IMG/VR virus record: IMGVR_UViG_3300043424_000514
Span: 1 to 64,000 of that record
DNA from: a virus
DNA: 64,000 nucleotides
Reading direction: 5' to 3' (one strand)
The notes beneath the pieces are model-generated. The model did not search any database. It was not told the DNA's origin and was given only the letters and a program-made list of their open reading frames with translations. The translations under genes were made by a program, and so were the position numbers. Positions 8,006 through 18,205 of this stretch are shown piece after piece. Positions within the stretch are counted from its first letter, which is position 1, and every line of letters starts with the position of its first letter.

Positions 8006-9211
8006 TCACCAAGTTAATAACCCGTCAAGTTTATTTTCCCTCGCATACCTCCGAACCCGTTCGGGGGTTATTGAAAACCAACCTTCTGCGCTGACTTTTG
8101 AGACGAGGGCTTTGTAGTGTTTATTGAGCATGGCGGGAGAGTTCCCCGCAATTTCCGCTGTCATCGCGGCGTTCCGGTGCAGAGCCAGGTGGTATGAGCA
8201 GAACGAGTGCCGCAGTGCGTTTTGTTTGGTCTCCACCCCGCAGGCTTTCAATCGAGCTTCATCGAGACTCTCGATTTTGTGTGTCGGGACGATAGGCCCT
8301 GCCTGCGGCCCGAACTCTTTCAGCCATTGCTTGAGGCACTCGGGGATGTCCAGAGTCCGCCCAGTGCGGGTTTTTGTGATTTCAGGGCCGAGGCGGATCA
8401 TTTTTTCGTCGAACAAGACATCAGCCATCGTGAGTTTTTTGTTCGAGGCTTCGGAGCGTCTTGTTCCTCCGAACGCCATCAGCGCCACATATGGCAGATA
8501 TTTTCTGTCAGTCGCGATGAAGAGGCGGCAAAGCTCCGGTGGGGTGTAGAACACCGGCGTCTCGTCGCGCAGAGCGGGAAGGTCGCAGTCGATATTGACT
8601 TTGTCCTCGGAAACAAACCGCTGTTTTCTTGCGAACCGAAGCATCGCCAAGAGCGTCCCGAACAAATTGTGCTTCGACCTCGCGTTGTATTTTGAGGCTC
8701 TCAGGAAGGCCAGGTATTCTTCGGGCGCAATCGTGTCGATGTGCCGCTTGCCGAACTCCGGCTCCCATACATTCCGGTGGTGGCGTAGCGTCTGGTAGTA
8801 ACGCTGCGAAAGTCCTCGCTCCTCGGCGCGGGCGTAGAACGCATCATAGACCTCGGAAAAACTTTTGGGATTCGCCGAAGTGTATTCGTGGAATTTCAAG
8901 TAGAACTCGACCGCGACATGGAGCGGGATTTTGCCGAGGCGTTGGCGGCACTCGTTGAAATAAACGATGTCTTCCCCGCAGAGCATCGTGGCTGCTCCGT
9001 CGCTAGTCGCGAGATGTTTCACGATTCGCTCCGCCTCTATCATAGCCGCGGCTTCTTTGTTGTAGGATTTGTTGTAGGTCTTCTTGCCTACTTTCCATTT
9101 TAGGCGGTGCGTTGTGTATCCGTTGCGAAGCAGTTTTGAGATTCTCACTACGGCGTGTCCGCAGCGCATGACCGAGTTTTTTTCGTCGATGTTTTCAATT
9201 TGGGTTTTCAT
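8006..9211 (-). CDS. int: tyrosine recombinase / integrase
   Basis: GTRRSE (R), TKTR (K), NALRHSF (HxxR-like), AGNS, KHY (Y); 401 aa. Confidence 0.9.
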   Translation of the reverse strand: MKTQIENIDEKNSVMRCGHAVVRISKLLRNGYTTHRLKWKVGKKTYNKSYNKEAAAMIEAERIVKHLATSDGAATMLCGEDIVYFNECRQRLGKIPLHVAVEFYLKFHEYTSANPKSFSEVYDAFYARAEERGLSQRYYQTLRHHRNVWEPEFGKRHIDTIAPEEYLAFLRASKYNARSKHNLFGTLLAMLRFARKQRFVSEDKVNIDCDLPALRDETPVFYTPPELCRLFIATDRKYLPYVALMAFGGTRRSEASNKKLTMADVLFDEKMIRLGPEITKTRTGRTLDIPECLKQWLKEFGPQAGPIVPTHKIESLDEARLKACGVETKQNALRHSFCSYHLALHRNAAMTAEIAGNSPAMLNKHYKALVSKVSAEGWFSITPERVRRYARENKLDGLLTW

Positions 9212-9226
9212 TTTTTCCTTTCTGGT

Positions 9227-9377
9227 TTTGTCCCAAAAATTGGGACAAAGTGTGTTTTGCGGTGTAATAACCTATACAAAGAATAATACACCGCAACGAA
9301 AAAACCCGTAGGCTTGCGTAGGAGAACCAGAAATTTGTCCCCGAAAAATTAGGACAAAAAAGAACGGAGCCTACGGG
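9227..9377. promoter_or_regulatory. divergent control region / candidate attP with four inverted repeats
   Basis: IRs at 9227-9249, 9257-9296, 9305-9377 and 9334-9358; AT-rich; between divergent int and terL. Confidence 0.55.
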
Positions 9378-9477
9378 GCTCGAATTCGTGTATGAAATTG
9401 TATAAGGTATTACCAAAAAATATATTGTGTAAAAGCGAAATTGACTGTGTCCCAAGTTAGACCTACCTTGTCCTGAA

Positions 9478-11247
9478 ATGGTTCAAAATAAAGTTGGGAT
9501 TTTTGTCGATGACGGCAAAACACCGGTCCCAAAAAATAGCATTGTTCGCTATGGCTATGTTTATCCTCCGGGCACCGCGGATTGGACGATCGAGCTTCAC
9601 GCTTACCGAGCATTAGCAAAAGACGGCACGCCGCGAGAGGAAAATTTCAAGCGGGCCGCAATGATGTTTTTCTCGAAAAACTCGGAGCCGTTTATCTGGC
9701 ATCCGTGGGCCGACGATATGCTCTATGAGTGCTGCTACTCGCAGTTCGTGGGCTTTGCGGGCTGCGGTTCGTCGGGCAAGTCGGATTTCATGGCGGTTTG
9801 GATTTTGCTCAACTGGCTCGCCGCGCCTTATCACACGCTGGGGCTTCTGACCTCGACTTCAATTCGCGATTCCAAGAAGCGCGTTTGGGGTGCGGTGGCC
9901 CGCTATTGGCCTGCGATTGCACCTGTCGCGCCTGCGAAGCTCACGGACACGCCGACTCCGGCGATCTATGTGATGCGCGACAAGGTTCGCATGGAGCAGG
10001 CAGGCGTGTATCTCATCCCTGCCGAAGCGAAGAAGACCAATGAGGTGACGGGCAAGATGCGAGGCATGAAAGCGCCGCGAGTCTTTCTGGCAGCGGATGA
10101 GTTGTCGGAGCTTTCCCACTCGCTCCTAGACACGGCGATGAGCAACCTCGCGAACAACGCGGTGCTCCACATCTGCGCGGCGGCGAACCCTGTTTCTTAC
10201 TACGATCCTTTCGGAAAATTCGCGGAGCCGCAAAACGGATGGGGCAGTATCACGGTGAACGACGATCGCTGGGAAACCAAGCTGGGTGGGGTTTGCCTGC
10301 ACTTCGACGCGATGCGGAACCCGAATTATTTGGCGAAGGAAAATCTTTGGCCGATTCAAAAATGGGAAAAGATCGAGGAAGCGGTGGAGCGCCTTGGCGA
10401 GGATTCACCGATGTTTTGGCGCGACTACCGCGGCTTCTGGCCCCCGCAGGGCGTGAGCAAAGCGATCTACTCGGAGAGCGAGATCATCAAGTTCAAGGCG
10501 GATCAGCCGCCGGTCTGGCAAGGCGCGACGACGCGGATCGCGGGCGTTGATCCCTCGTTTGTTTCGGGTGGAGACCGCTGCGTGCTGTTCGTTGGGAGCT
10601 ATGGCTTGAACAAAGACGGGGTAGAGCAGGTATCATTTGATACCTTCCATTTTGTCGAGGACGACGCGACCTCGAACGAGCCGCGCACCTTTCAGGTGGC
10701 GGCGAAGATCGCCGAAATTTTGCGGCGCGAGCGGGTGCAGTCTTACCACCTCGGAGTCGATGTGACGGGCGGGGGCGTGCCGTTTTGCGATGCGTTATCC
10801 CGCGTTCTAGGTAGCAATGATTTTCTTCGGGTGCATTTCGGCGGGTCTCCGAGCGATCGGTCTCTCTCGGCTTACGATGCGACGAAAGCCAACGACAAGT
10901 ATGTGAACCGCGTCACCGAGCTTTGGTTCGGTGCCAAGGAGTATTTACAGAATGGGCAACTGCGCGGCATTGGCCCCGACCTCGCCCAGGAAATGACGGC
11001 CCGCAATTTCGAGACTCGCAAATCGGGCGGGATGAAATTGTGCGTCGAGCCGAAAGCGGACATGAAAGCGCGGATGGGGCGCTCCCCCGACATCGCCGAC
11101 GCGGCGTTTGTTTTATTGGAGGTGGTGCGCGAGCGGATGGGCCTTCGACCGCCCCAGGAGAGCGGATCGCGGGTTGCCCGCCCTTGGCGCAAGATGATGG
11201 GGCGCTTCGATGTCAAGCGTAATTCGCCTTGCCTTTTGGACGCCTAG
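9478..11247 (+). CDS. terL: terminase large subunit
   Basis: Walker A GCGSSGKS, Walker B LAADE, AANP coupling motif, nuclease AGVDPS...GD and SPDIADA. Confidence 0.92.
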   Translation: MVQNKVGIFVDDGKTPVPKNSIVRYGYVYPPGTADWTIELHAYRALAKDGTPREENFKRAAMMFFSKNSEPFIWHPWADDMLYECCYSQFVGFAGCGSSGKSDFMAVWILLNWLAAPYHTLGLLTSTSIRDSKKRVWGAVARYWPAIAPVAPAKLTDTPTPAIYVMRDKVRMEQAGVYLIPAEAKKTNEVTGKMRGMKAPRVFLAADELSELSHSLLDTAMSNLANNAVLHICAAANPVSYYDPFGKFAEPQNGWGSITVNDDRWETKLGGVCLHFDAMRNPNYLAKENLWPIQKWEKIEEAVERLGEDSPMFWRDYRGFWPPQGVSKAIYSESEIIKFKADQPPVWQGATTRIAGVDPSFVSGGDRCVLFVGSYGLNKDGVEQVSFDTFHFVEDDATSNEPRTFQVAAKIAEILRRERVQSYHLGVDVTGGGVPFCDALSRVLGSNDFLRVHFGGSPSDRSLSAYDATKANDKYVNRVTELWFGAKEYLQNGQLRGIGPDLAQEMTARNFETRKSGGMKLCVEPKADMKARMGRSPDIADAAFVLLEVVRERMGLRPPQESGSRVARPWRKMMGRFDVKRNSPCLLDA

Positions 11248-11257
11248 GTGTAATAAT
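11229..11257 (+). promoter_or_regulatory. sigma70-like promoter candidate
   Basis: TTGCCT-17 nt-AATAAT with TGn extension; similar geometry at 12904, 16805 and 34653. Confidence 0.45.
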
Positions 11258-11266
11258 TCTGCAACC

Positions 11267-11608
11267 ATGGAAGCTGTTGAATACCCTTTGACGATCGAGC
11301 AAGGTTCCACTTTTCAGAAGCAATTTCGCTGGAAGGTGGACGGGCAGGTTATGAACCTGACGGGTTACACGGCCAAGATGCAGGCCCGCAAGAGCTACGG
11401 CGGTGCGGTTGGTTTTGAACTCAGCACCGAGAACAGCCGGATTTTGTTGGGCGGCGCGGGGGGAACGGTCTCATTGGAGATGGCTCCTGAAGAAACGGCG
11501 GCGCTCCCTGTGGGAAATTTTGTTTACGATTTGGAACTGACGACCGGCGGCGTGGTCCGCAAACTTATTCGCGGCACGGTGGTTGTGCTGCCGGAGGCAA
11601 CGATCTGA
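11267..11608 (+). CDS. tail-fibre attachment / BppU-like Ig-fold protein
   Basis: LTIEQGSTF...NLTGYTAKMQAR...VYDLEL...G.V pattern; ATG 11267. Confidence 0.65.
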   Translation: MEAVEYPLTIEQGSTFQKQFRWKVDGQVMNLTGYTAKMQARKSYGGAVGFELSTENSRILLGGAGGTVSLEMAPEETAALPVGNFVYDLELTTGGVVRKLIRGTVVVLPEATI

Positions 11609-11609
11609 T

Positions 11610-12143
11610 ATGGCGGAGATTATCGAAATTATTGGCTCGGGATTGACTGGCCCCCAGGGGCCCCGCGGGTTGCCTGGGTTGAACGGAGCCCCTGGAGCCG
11701 CTGGGGCGCAAGGTCAGATTGGCCCCGTCGGCCCCGTCGGCCCTGTCGGCCCTCAGGGTTTGCAAGGCGACAAGGGCGACCGCGGGCTGCAAGGTCCTAA
11801 AGGCGATAGCATTGTCGGTCCCCAGGGCGAGCGCGGGTTAAAGGGCGACAAAGGCGACCGCGGCGTGGAAGGTCCTATGGGCCCCGTCGGCCCCGTCGGC
11901 CCGTCTGGCGGACCAGGCCCCGCTGGGGCGATGGGCCCCCGTGGTTTTCAAGGTTTGCGCGGCGACCCAGGCCCCCAGGGCATCGAAGGCCCCCGCGGAT
12001 TGCAGGGCGTGCAGGGCAATAAAGGCGATACCGGCGCAGTCGGGCCCGCAGGTCCCCGCGGTTATACCGGCCCGCAAGGCCCCCAGGGCGAGGTTAGCAA
12101 AGGGTCAGTTATGGCTTTTAGCATCGCTCTTGGAGGCGTGTGA
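11610..12143 (+). CDS. collagen-like fibre protein
   Basis: long G-X-Y run; C-terminal AFSIALG motif. Confidence 0.85.
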   Translation: MAEIIEIIGSGLTGPQGPRGLPGLNGAPGAAGAQGQIGPVGPVGPVGPQGLQGDKGDRGLQGPKGDSIVGPQGERGLKGDKGDRGVEGPMGPVGPVGPSGGPGPAGAMGPRGFQGLRGDPGPQGIEGPRGLQGVQGNKGDTGAVGPAGPRGYTGPQGPQGEVSKGSVMAFSIALGGV

Positions 12144-12907
12144 AACAGCAATACACCGGCCCTTACACCTTCGACCTCGCCACGCGCACGATTACGCTGG
12201 CGGGTATTGAGGTTCCCCAGGAGCGATTGGCACTGATCGTTAATTCGACGGTCGGGTTTATTTACCACAACCTCGAACACGAACCGACGGCGCAGGTCAC
12301 GATCTCTGGCGGCGACACGACGATTGTTTTTCCGCAATACAAGGACTGCGAGACGCATCGCGATTCCGACGCGTTGTCGATTTTTTATGACGATGGCGTC
12401 GATCTTGGACAGTTGATTAAGGACGAGTCGGACGAGACGCAGGCGTTGTTGCAGGCCGAGTTTGACGAGACGCAGACTTTAGTTTCTGCGTTCAAGGACG
12501 AGTTCAAGGACGAGATTGACCACACCCAATCGGTTTTAGAGACGCGGCTGGAGGCCATCGACATTACTCTTGCAGACTTTCAAGCCGAGGCTTTGGCCGA
12601 GTCCAATGCTACGCAGAATTTTTTGAGCGATACTCTGCGTCCTGTTTTGGATGGTTTTAAGACCGAAGCGAAAAGCGAGTCGGATGCGACGCAGACGCTT
12701 TTGAACCTCAAGCTCTCGGGGCTGATTAACGGGTTTTTGGGGCTGGACGCCCTCGCCAAGTATTCTGCGGAAAATGGGGTCGAGATTGATTTCACCCCCG
12801 GGGGATACGGCCCGTCGCAGATTGTGTTTTCGCAAGGCGGCACCCCTATTAAAACGATCAATCTCACTTATGACGCGAGGGGGGCTTTGGTTTTAGTTTC
12901 CGCTTGA
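12140..12907 (+). CDS. putative virion protein, paralogue A (ESDxTQ repeats)
   Basis: 255 aa; clearly homologous to 12943..13710. Confidence 0.75.
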   Translation: MKQQYTGPYTFDLATRTITLAGIEVPQERLALIVNSTVGFIYHNLEHEPTAQVTISGGDTTIVFPQYKDCETHRDSDALSIFYDDGVDLGQLIKDESDETQALLQAEFDETQTLVSAFKDEFKDEIDHTQSVLETRLEAIDITLADFQAEALAESNATQNFLSDTLRPVLDGFKTEAKSESDATQTLLNLKLSGLINGFLGLDALAKYSAENGVEIDFTPGGYGPSQIVFSQGGTPIKTINLTYDARGALVLVSA

Positions 12908-12942
12908 TTTTTCGCTTGTTTGATGTAATAACCACATAACCC

Positions 12943-13710
12943 GTGAAGCAACAATACAAAGGCCCTACACTTTTCGATGTCGCCACGCGCACGATCACGA
13001 TGCTGGGCATCGAGGTGCCGCCGGAGCGGGTGTTGCTGGTGGTTAATTCCACGGTTGGTTTCGTTTATCACAATTTTGCGATTGAGCCGAATGGGGATAT
13101 TTCGATCTCCGGCGGGAATACGGTCATTGTTTTTCCGCCGTATAAGGATTGTGACACACACCGGAATACCGACGCACTTTCGATTTTTTACGACGACGGG
13201 GTCGATCTCGGGAAGCTCATTAAGGACGAGTCGGACGAGACTCAGACGCTCGTTCAAAACGAATTTAACGAGACACAAACGCTGCTGACCGCTTTCAAAG
13301 AGGAGGTCAAAGCAGAGTTCGACGAGACTCAAGCCATCATCGAGCCGCGTCTGGAGTCGATCGACACGGTTCTTACGGCATTCAAGGCCGAAGCCAAGAC
13401 GGAGTCCGATGCCACCCAAGTAATCCTTGAAAATCTTTACACGAAGGTTTCGGATTTTAAGACAGAGGCAAAGAGCGAGTCGGACGACACGCAGAGCATT
13501 TTAACGACAAAGCTCCCCGATCCGGTGAACGGGCGCATCCCTGTCGAAACGGTGGGGGCTTTTGACCCGACCAACGGGGTGTCGATCGCGATGGATTATG
13601 GTGCTTACGGCCCCACCCAAGCGAGGTTTTCCCGCAGTGGATCGGTGGTTAAGACCGTGAATTTGATTTACGACCTCAACGGAAACCTGACTTCCGTGAT
13701 CCCAGGATGA
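12943..13710 (+). CDS. putative virion protein, paralogue B (ESDxTQ repeats)
   Basis: 255 aa; same MKQQY start and DALSIFYDDGVDLG core as the preceding gene. Confidence 0.75.
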   Translation: MKQQYKGPTLFDVATRTITMLGIEVPPERVLLVVNSTVGFVYHNFAIEPNGDISISGGNTVIVFPPYKDCDTHRNTDALSIFYDDGVDLGKLIKDESDETQTLVQNEFNETQTLLTAFKEEVKAEFDETQAIIEPRLESIDTVLTAFKAEAKTESDATQVILENLYTKVSDFKTEAKSESDDTQSILTTKLPDPVNGRIPVETVGAFDPTNGVSIAMDYGAYGPTQARFSRSGSVVKTVNLIYDLNGNLTSVIPG

Positions 13711-15401
13711 GATTTTTATTCAACCCTATCACCTCGCAGTTTAATGCGGCTCCTCCTAGGGAGATCGTTTACTCTGACACGGCCCCTGCGTTTCCTGTTG
13801 AGGGCACTCGCTGGGTCAATACGCTGGAGATTCGCGAGTATGTATTTACCTTCGATGCCAGCGGCACGGGGTATTGGGTGGAAGTGGGCGTCGGATCGAC
13901 CGGCCCCCAGGGGGAGCAGGGAATCCAAGGCATCCAGGGAATCCAAGGCATCCAGGGAATCCAAGGCGAACAAGGCCCTGCTGCCACGGTAGCTGTTGGC
14001 ACCGTCACGACTGGTGAGCCTGGAACGAGTGTTTCGGTCTCGAATGCAGGCACAAGCGGAGCCGCGGTTTTAGATTTTACAATCCCTAGGGGCGCAGTCG
14101 GGCAAACCGGCGCAGTCGGCCCCCAGGGGCCACAGGGCATACAGGGGCCGAAAGGCGACGACGGCGCAAGCGTCGTGCTCAAAGGCGCAGTGAATTTTTA
14201 TTCTGATCTTTCTGCAATCACTAACAAGACCCAAGGCGATCTGTATGTCGTCCAAAGCGACGGCAACGGGTATGTGTGGAGTGGATCGGGCTGGGTAAAT
14301 GTCGGGCAAATCCGCGGACCGAAAGGCGACACCGGAGCGCAAGGCCCCGCAGGCCCCGCGCCAGCGGGAACCGGTGCGGTGGTTGTGAGTAACGGTGTTG
14401 TGGGAACGCCCGTCGGTTACGGCACCACCAATGTCGCCAGCACACTCGTTCAGCGTGACGCCAGTGGAAATTTTTCGGCAGGCACGATCACAGCGAATAT
14501 CACCGGCAATGTCACGGGGAGCGTGACTGGCGGCGTATCCGGCAACGCAGGCACCGCGACCAAACTCGCCACGGCCCGCACGATCAATGTCTCCGGCGAT
14601 GTCACGGGGACGGCGCAGAGTTTCGACGGCTCGGCGGACATTTCGATCCCAACGGCGATTACGGCGGGTTCGATTGTCGATGCTGACATCAATACCGCAG
14701 CGAACATTTCCGACACAAAGCTCGCGACGATTTCAACGGCGAATAAGGTAAGCAACTCCGCCACCACGGCGACAAGCGCGAACACCGCTTTTGCAATCGT
14801 GGCGCGGGATGCAAACGGCAATTTTTCTGCAAACCAAATCACCGCGAATCTCACGGGCAATGTTACCGGCAACGCTACGAATGTTTCTGGAACGGTAGCA
14901 ATTCTTAACGGCGGCACGGGGGCGAGCACGGCGGCAGGTGCGTTGGTTAATCTCGGAGCAGCGGCAAGTTCCCACGCGCATGGGAACATTACCAATGCAG
15001 GAGCGATCGGAACGACTGCGAGCTTACCGATTATTACTGGCGCGAGCGGCGTCCTCCAAGCAGGGGCTTTTGGAACGACTGCGGGGAGTTTCTGCCAAGG
15101 TAATGACCCCCGCCTTCAAACCCCGTGGGTTTCAAAGACCACTTCCTACACCGCAGTCGCAGGCGACCGGATCAGCGCCAACACCACGGCGGCAGCGTTT
15201 ACGATCACCCTCCCAGCCTCCCCCGCTGCGTTCACTGAAATTGTTTTTGCTGACCATTACAACCAGTGGGCAACTCGCAATCTCACGATTGCCCGTAATG
15301 GGCAAAACATCGAGGGGCTCGCTGAAGACCTTGTGTGCAATGTCGCCGGATTACAAATCACCTTACGATATGAAGGAACAACCTGGAGAGTCTATACATG
15401 A
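13707..15401 (+). CDS. tail fibre protein with collagen segments
   Basis: GIQ repeats, Gly/Thr/Ala-rich shaft (RDASGNFSAGTITA), C-terminal TITLPASP domain. Confidence 0.85.
   Translation: MRFLFNPITSQFNAAPPREIVYSDTAPAFPVEGTRWVNTLEIREYVFTFDASGTGYWVEVGVGSTGPQGEQGIQGIQGIQGIQGIQGEQGPAATVAVGTVTTGEPGTSVSVSNAGTSGAAVLDFTIPRGAVGQTGAVGPQGPQGIQGPKGDDGASVVLKGAVNFYSDLSAITNKTQGDLYVVQSDGNGYVWSGSGWVNVGQIRGPKGDTGAQGPAGPAPAGTGAVVVSNGVVGTPVGYGTTNVASTLVQRDASGNFSAGTITANITGNVTGSVTGGVSGNAGTATKLATARTINVSGDVTGTAQSFDGSADISIPTAITAGSIVDADINTAANISDTKLATISTANKVSNSATTATSANTAFAIVARDANGNFSANQITANLTGNVTGNATNVSGTVAILNGGTGASTAAGALVNLGAAASSHAHGNITNAGAIGTTASLPIITGASGVLQAGAFGTTAGSFCQGNDPRLQTPWVSKTTSYTAVAGDRISANTTAAAFTITLPASPAAFTEIVFADHYNQWATRNLTIARNGQNIEGLAEDLVCNVAGLQITLRYEGTTWRVYT
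13917..13967 (+). repeat. 18-bp coding tandem repeat (GIQGIQ)
   Basis: CAGGGAATCCAAGGCATC about 3 times. Confidence 0.8.
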
Positions 15402-16054
15402 ACCTAAGTAGCATTAAACCAAATTTTAGCGCGTCCGCTGTGGCTAACACTTTAGTCTTGCGCGACGCAAATAATAGAATGGTCGGCAAGGCAAGTGAGT
15501 TGCATCCCGATGGGATTCATACCATGACTGCGGCAACCACCCTCGCTGACGCGGATGAGTTGCTGGTTTGGGAAGCCTCAACATCCACATTAAAAAGAAT
15601 CACAAAATCTGCTTTTAATTTATCTATGAACACTAATAACCCTGTCGCCAGATGGAGCGGAATTTCTGGGGCTCACGCACTTCAGTATGAATATGGTGGA
15701 AGCTCAAATAATACTTCTTGGGCATCTACTAGCGGAGGAAACATACAAATACTACAAGCAGGAACTTATAGGGCAGTAATAGGACATGGTAACAGTTACT
15801 TAACTGGCTATATGGCAAGTGGAACTGCTGAAATCAGGTTCGTTCAAAAAACTCCTTCTGCGGGGACCCTAGTCGCTGTTCGGGCTGGAATTGGGAGCGG
15901 TCAGTCTATTTTTACTGCTTGCAATGGGTCTGGGGAGCTAAGTTGCACTTTTACAGCCGCAGCGAACGCTACTTTCGCTTTGGAACACGCTGCTGTATCA
16001 GGTAGCGCGGTTTACGGAGGTGGGGGGTATGTCGAGATTGAAAAATTAAGCTAA
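15398..16054 (+). CDS. short tail fibre / receptor-binding protein
   Basis: ANTLVLRDA fibre motif, beta-rich C-terminus, lower GC; followed by a chaperone. Confidence 0.6.
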   Translation: MNLSSIKPNFSASAVANTLVLRDANNRMVGKASELHPDGIHTMTAATTLADADELLVWEASTSTLKRITKSAFNLSMNTNNPVARWSGISGAHALQYEYGGSSNNTSWASTSGGNIQILQAGTYRAVIGHGNSYLTGYMASGTAEIRFVQKTPSAGTLVAVRAGIGSGQSIFTACNGSGELSCTFTAAANATFALEHAAVSGSAVYGGGGYVEIEKLS

Positions 16055-16058
16055 ATAT

Positions 16059-16466
16059 ATGAAATACACGCCAATTTTTAAGCAATCTGAGGGTAAATTC
16101 TTTTTGGAATTAAAAGACCCCGACACTTACGATTTGATATATTCTATCCCCGAAAGTTATGACAGCCCAGATGACGCATGGTTAAGGTTGCCGTATTGGT
16201 TAGAAAAATTAACCCCTTCTACATGGGAAAGAGTGCGTTTTGAGCGGAACGCTAAACTTACCAAAAGCGATTGGACTCAACTCGCCGACGCACCATTGAG
16301 CCCTGAACAAAAGCAGGCTTGGACCGTTTACCGTCAAGCCTTGCGCGATCTGCCTTCGAGTTTTGCTACGCCTGAAGAAGTTGTGTGGCCTTCTTCTCCG
16401 CAGGAGCAAATTCCTGCGTGGTCTTGGGATCAAACATCCCCGCCATGGGAGCGAATTAACGAGTAA
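16059..16466 (+). CDS. tail fibre assembly chaperone
   Basis: RFERNAKLTKSDWTQLADAP...W..YRQALRDLP...WP signature. Confidence 0.85.
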   Translation: MKYTPIFKQSEGKFFLELKDPDTYDLIYSIPESYDSPDDAWLRLPYWLEKLTPSTWERVRFERNAKLTKSDWTQLADAPLSPEQKQAWTVYRQALRDLPSSFATPEEVVWPSSPQEQIPAWSWDQTSPPWERINE

Positions 16467-16808
16467 ATGTTCACTTTTCCCACAAGCCCGCAACTTGGCG
16501 ATACCGTCCAACTCGTAGATCGCATCTACCAGTGGAACGGCGCGGTGTGGCGGTCGATTCCGGTTACGGGGGCGCAAGGCCCCCCTGGGGCCCCAGGGCC
16601 CGCCGGACCCGCAGGCCCAGCCGGTCCCCAAGGGCAGCGAGGCGAGGCTGGCCCCGCCGGTCCAGTTGGCCCAGCAGGCCCCGCTGGGGCGAGCGGCGCA
16701 CCAGGCGATCCAGGGCCTCCAGGCCCTGCCCCTTCGGGCACCGGCTTTGTTTTTGTGGAGAGCGGCGTGGCCTCCTCCACTTTGGACTTTGATGCCGGAA
16801 CTTTTTGA
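16467..16808 (+). CDS. collagen-like protein
   Basis: FPTSP...YQWNGAVW N-terminus, G-X-Y run, C-terminal DAGTF. Confidence 0.8.
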   Translation: MFTFPTSPQLGDTVQLVDRIYQWNGAVWRSIPVTGAQGPPGAPGPAGPAGPAGPQGQRGEAGPAGPVGPAGPAGASGAPGDPGPPGPAPSGTGFVFVESGVASSTLDFDAGTF

Positions 16809-16858
16809 CTTTTCCCAGAACTAGCAGTAATAACCACATAACCCAACCCAATTAAAAC

Positions 16859-17893
16859 ATGGCTAATCCCAACCTCAAAGTAGTCCGCCGCCGCCTTACT
16901 GGCGCAGCCGGAGCCCCTTCCGACATGGAAGCGGGACAAATCGCAATAAATTCCGTTGACGAAAAAGTCTATATCCACAACGGCACTTCCGCAATCCCCG
17001 TTGCGGGTAAGGGCGAGTTCGTGGACAAAGGCTCCGAGCAGAGCGTCACCGGCAAAAAGAATTTCACCTCGGCGACCGTCTCCACCGCGCCAAGTGCTAC
17101 GACCGATGTCGTTCGTAAAACCGATCTCGACACCGAAGTCACTGCACTTCAAGGTGCCATCACGACTGAGGCGACGACGAGAGCCTCGGCAGACACCGCT
17201 CTTGGTCTCCGCATCGACGCCCTAGGGAGCGCGCTGAACTATGTTGGCACTGTCAACGGTGGTGCAAACTCTGGCGCGGCGACTAACCTTGCCTCGCTGA
17301 CCGAGAAGGACGCGGGCGATTACTACAAAGTAGGCACGGCAGGACACTTCGTTCTCGCTCCCGCAGCTTCGTTCTTCGCCAATAGCGGAGACGGCCTCGT
17401 CTTCAACCTCACTGGTGGAATCGACAAGATCGACAATACCAACAGCACTGTTGCAGGCACGGCGAACTACATTTCCGTTTCTGGTAGCACCGACACCGGC
17501 TACACGGTGGACATCGACAGCGCCTTCAAGACCCGTCTCACAACTGCGGAGACCACTCTTGCAGGGCTCGGCACCATGTCCACGCAGAATGCCAACAGCG
17601 TTGCCATCACCGGCGGCACGGTTAATGGCACGGCGATCGGCGGCACGACTGCTGCGGCTGGCGCGTTCACCACGCTCACAGCTTCCTCGACCGCGACCCT
17701 GAACACCCTGGCCAGTTCCGGCGCTACCCTCACGGGCGGCACGATCAATGGCATGGCGATCGGCGGCACGACTGCTGCGGCTGGCGCGTTCACCACGGTT
17801 TCGGCTTCTGGCAATGCGACCTTCAATGGCAACATTGTGGGTGACGGCTCGACCGAAATCACGGACTGCATCATTGACGCTGGAACATTCTGA
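16859..17893 (+). CDS. tail fibre-like protein
   Basis: GQIAIN..DEKVY N-terminus, [12 protein letters not shown] repeats, C-terminal DAGTF. Confidence 0.75.
   Translation: MANPNLKVVRRRLTGAAGAPSDMEAGQIAINSVDEKVYIHNGTSAIPVAGKGEFVDKGSEQSVTGKKNFTSATVSTAPSATTDVVRKTDLDTEVTALQGAITTEATTRASADTALGLRIDALGSALNYVGTVNGGANSGAATNLASLTEKDAGDYYKVGTAGHFVLAPAASFFANSGDGLVFNLTGGIDKIDNTNSTVAGTANYISVSGSTDTGYTVDIDSAFKTRLTTAETTLAGLGTMSTQNANSVAITGGTVNGTAIGGTTAAAGAFTTLTASSTATLNTLASSGATLTGGTINGMAIGGTTAAAGAFTTVSASGNATFNGNIVGDGSTEITDCIIDAGTF
17632..17797 (+). repeat. 43-bp direct repeat within fibre gene
   Basis: identical copies at 17632-17674 and 17755-17797. Confidence 0.8.
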
Positions 17894-17896
17894 CGA

Positions 17897-18205
17897 ATGG
17901 CTGATCCAGTCCTCAAACTGAGACGCACAGATGTCGTGGGGCGAATCCCCACGGCATCTGACCTCCCCCCAGGGGCGATCGGCTACAATATCGCCGACAA
18001 AAAAATCTACGCTCGGCACGATGACCCGATGGGGGCTGTCGTTCAGATCGCCGCTTCGGTCGCTCAAGGGGAAAAGGCGGACATCTCGATTTCCAAAAAC
18101 CCCTCGGACGCCACGCCCGTCAATACCATTCGGGTTCTTACGCAGGCGGAATATGACGGCATAGTTCCGAAAGACGCGACCACCCTTTATTTTATTAAGT
18201 CGTAA
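17897..18205 (+). CDS. small fibre adaptor protein
   Basis: LKLRR...GAIGYNIADKKIY N-terminus; LTQAEYD...DATTLYFI C-terminus. Confidence 0.7.
   Translation: MADPVLKLRRTDVVGRIPTASDLPPGAIGYNIADKKIYARHDDPMGAVVQIAASVAQGEKADISISKNPSDATPVNTIRVLTQAEYDGIVPKDATTLYFIKS

Noticed and set aside
9195-9455. 86-aa ORF upstream of integrase
   Set aside because: Runs through the AT-rich inverted-repeat region with atypical composition; likely spurious
12140-13710. Paralogue pair as DGR template/variable repeats
   Set aside because: No reverse transcriptase in the window and differences are not adenine-specific
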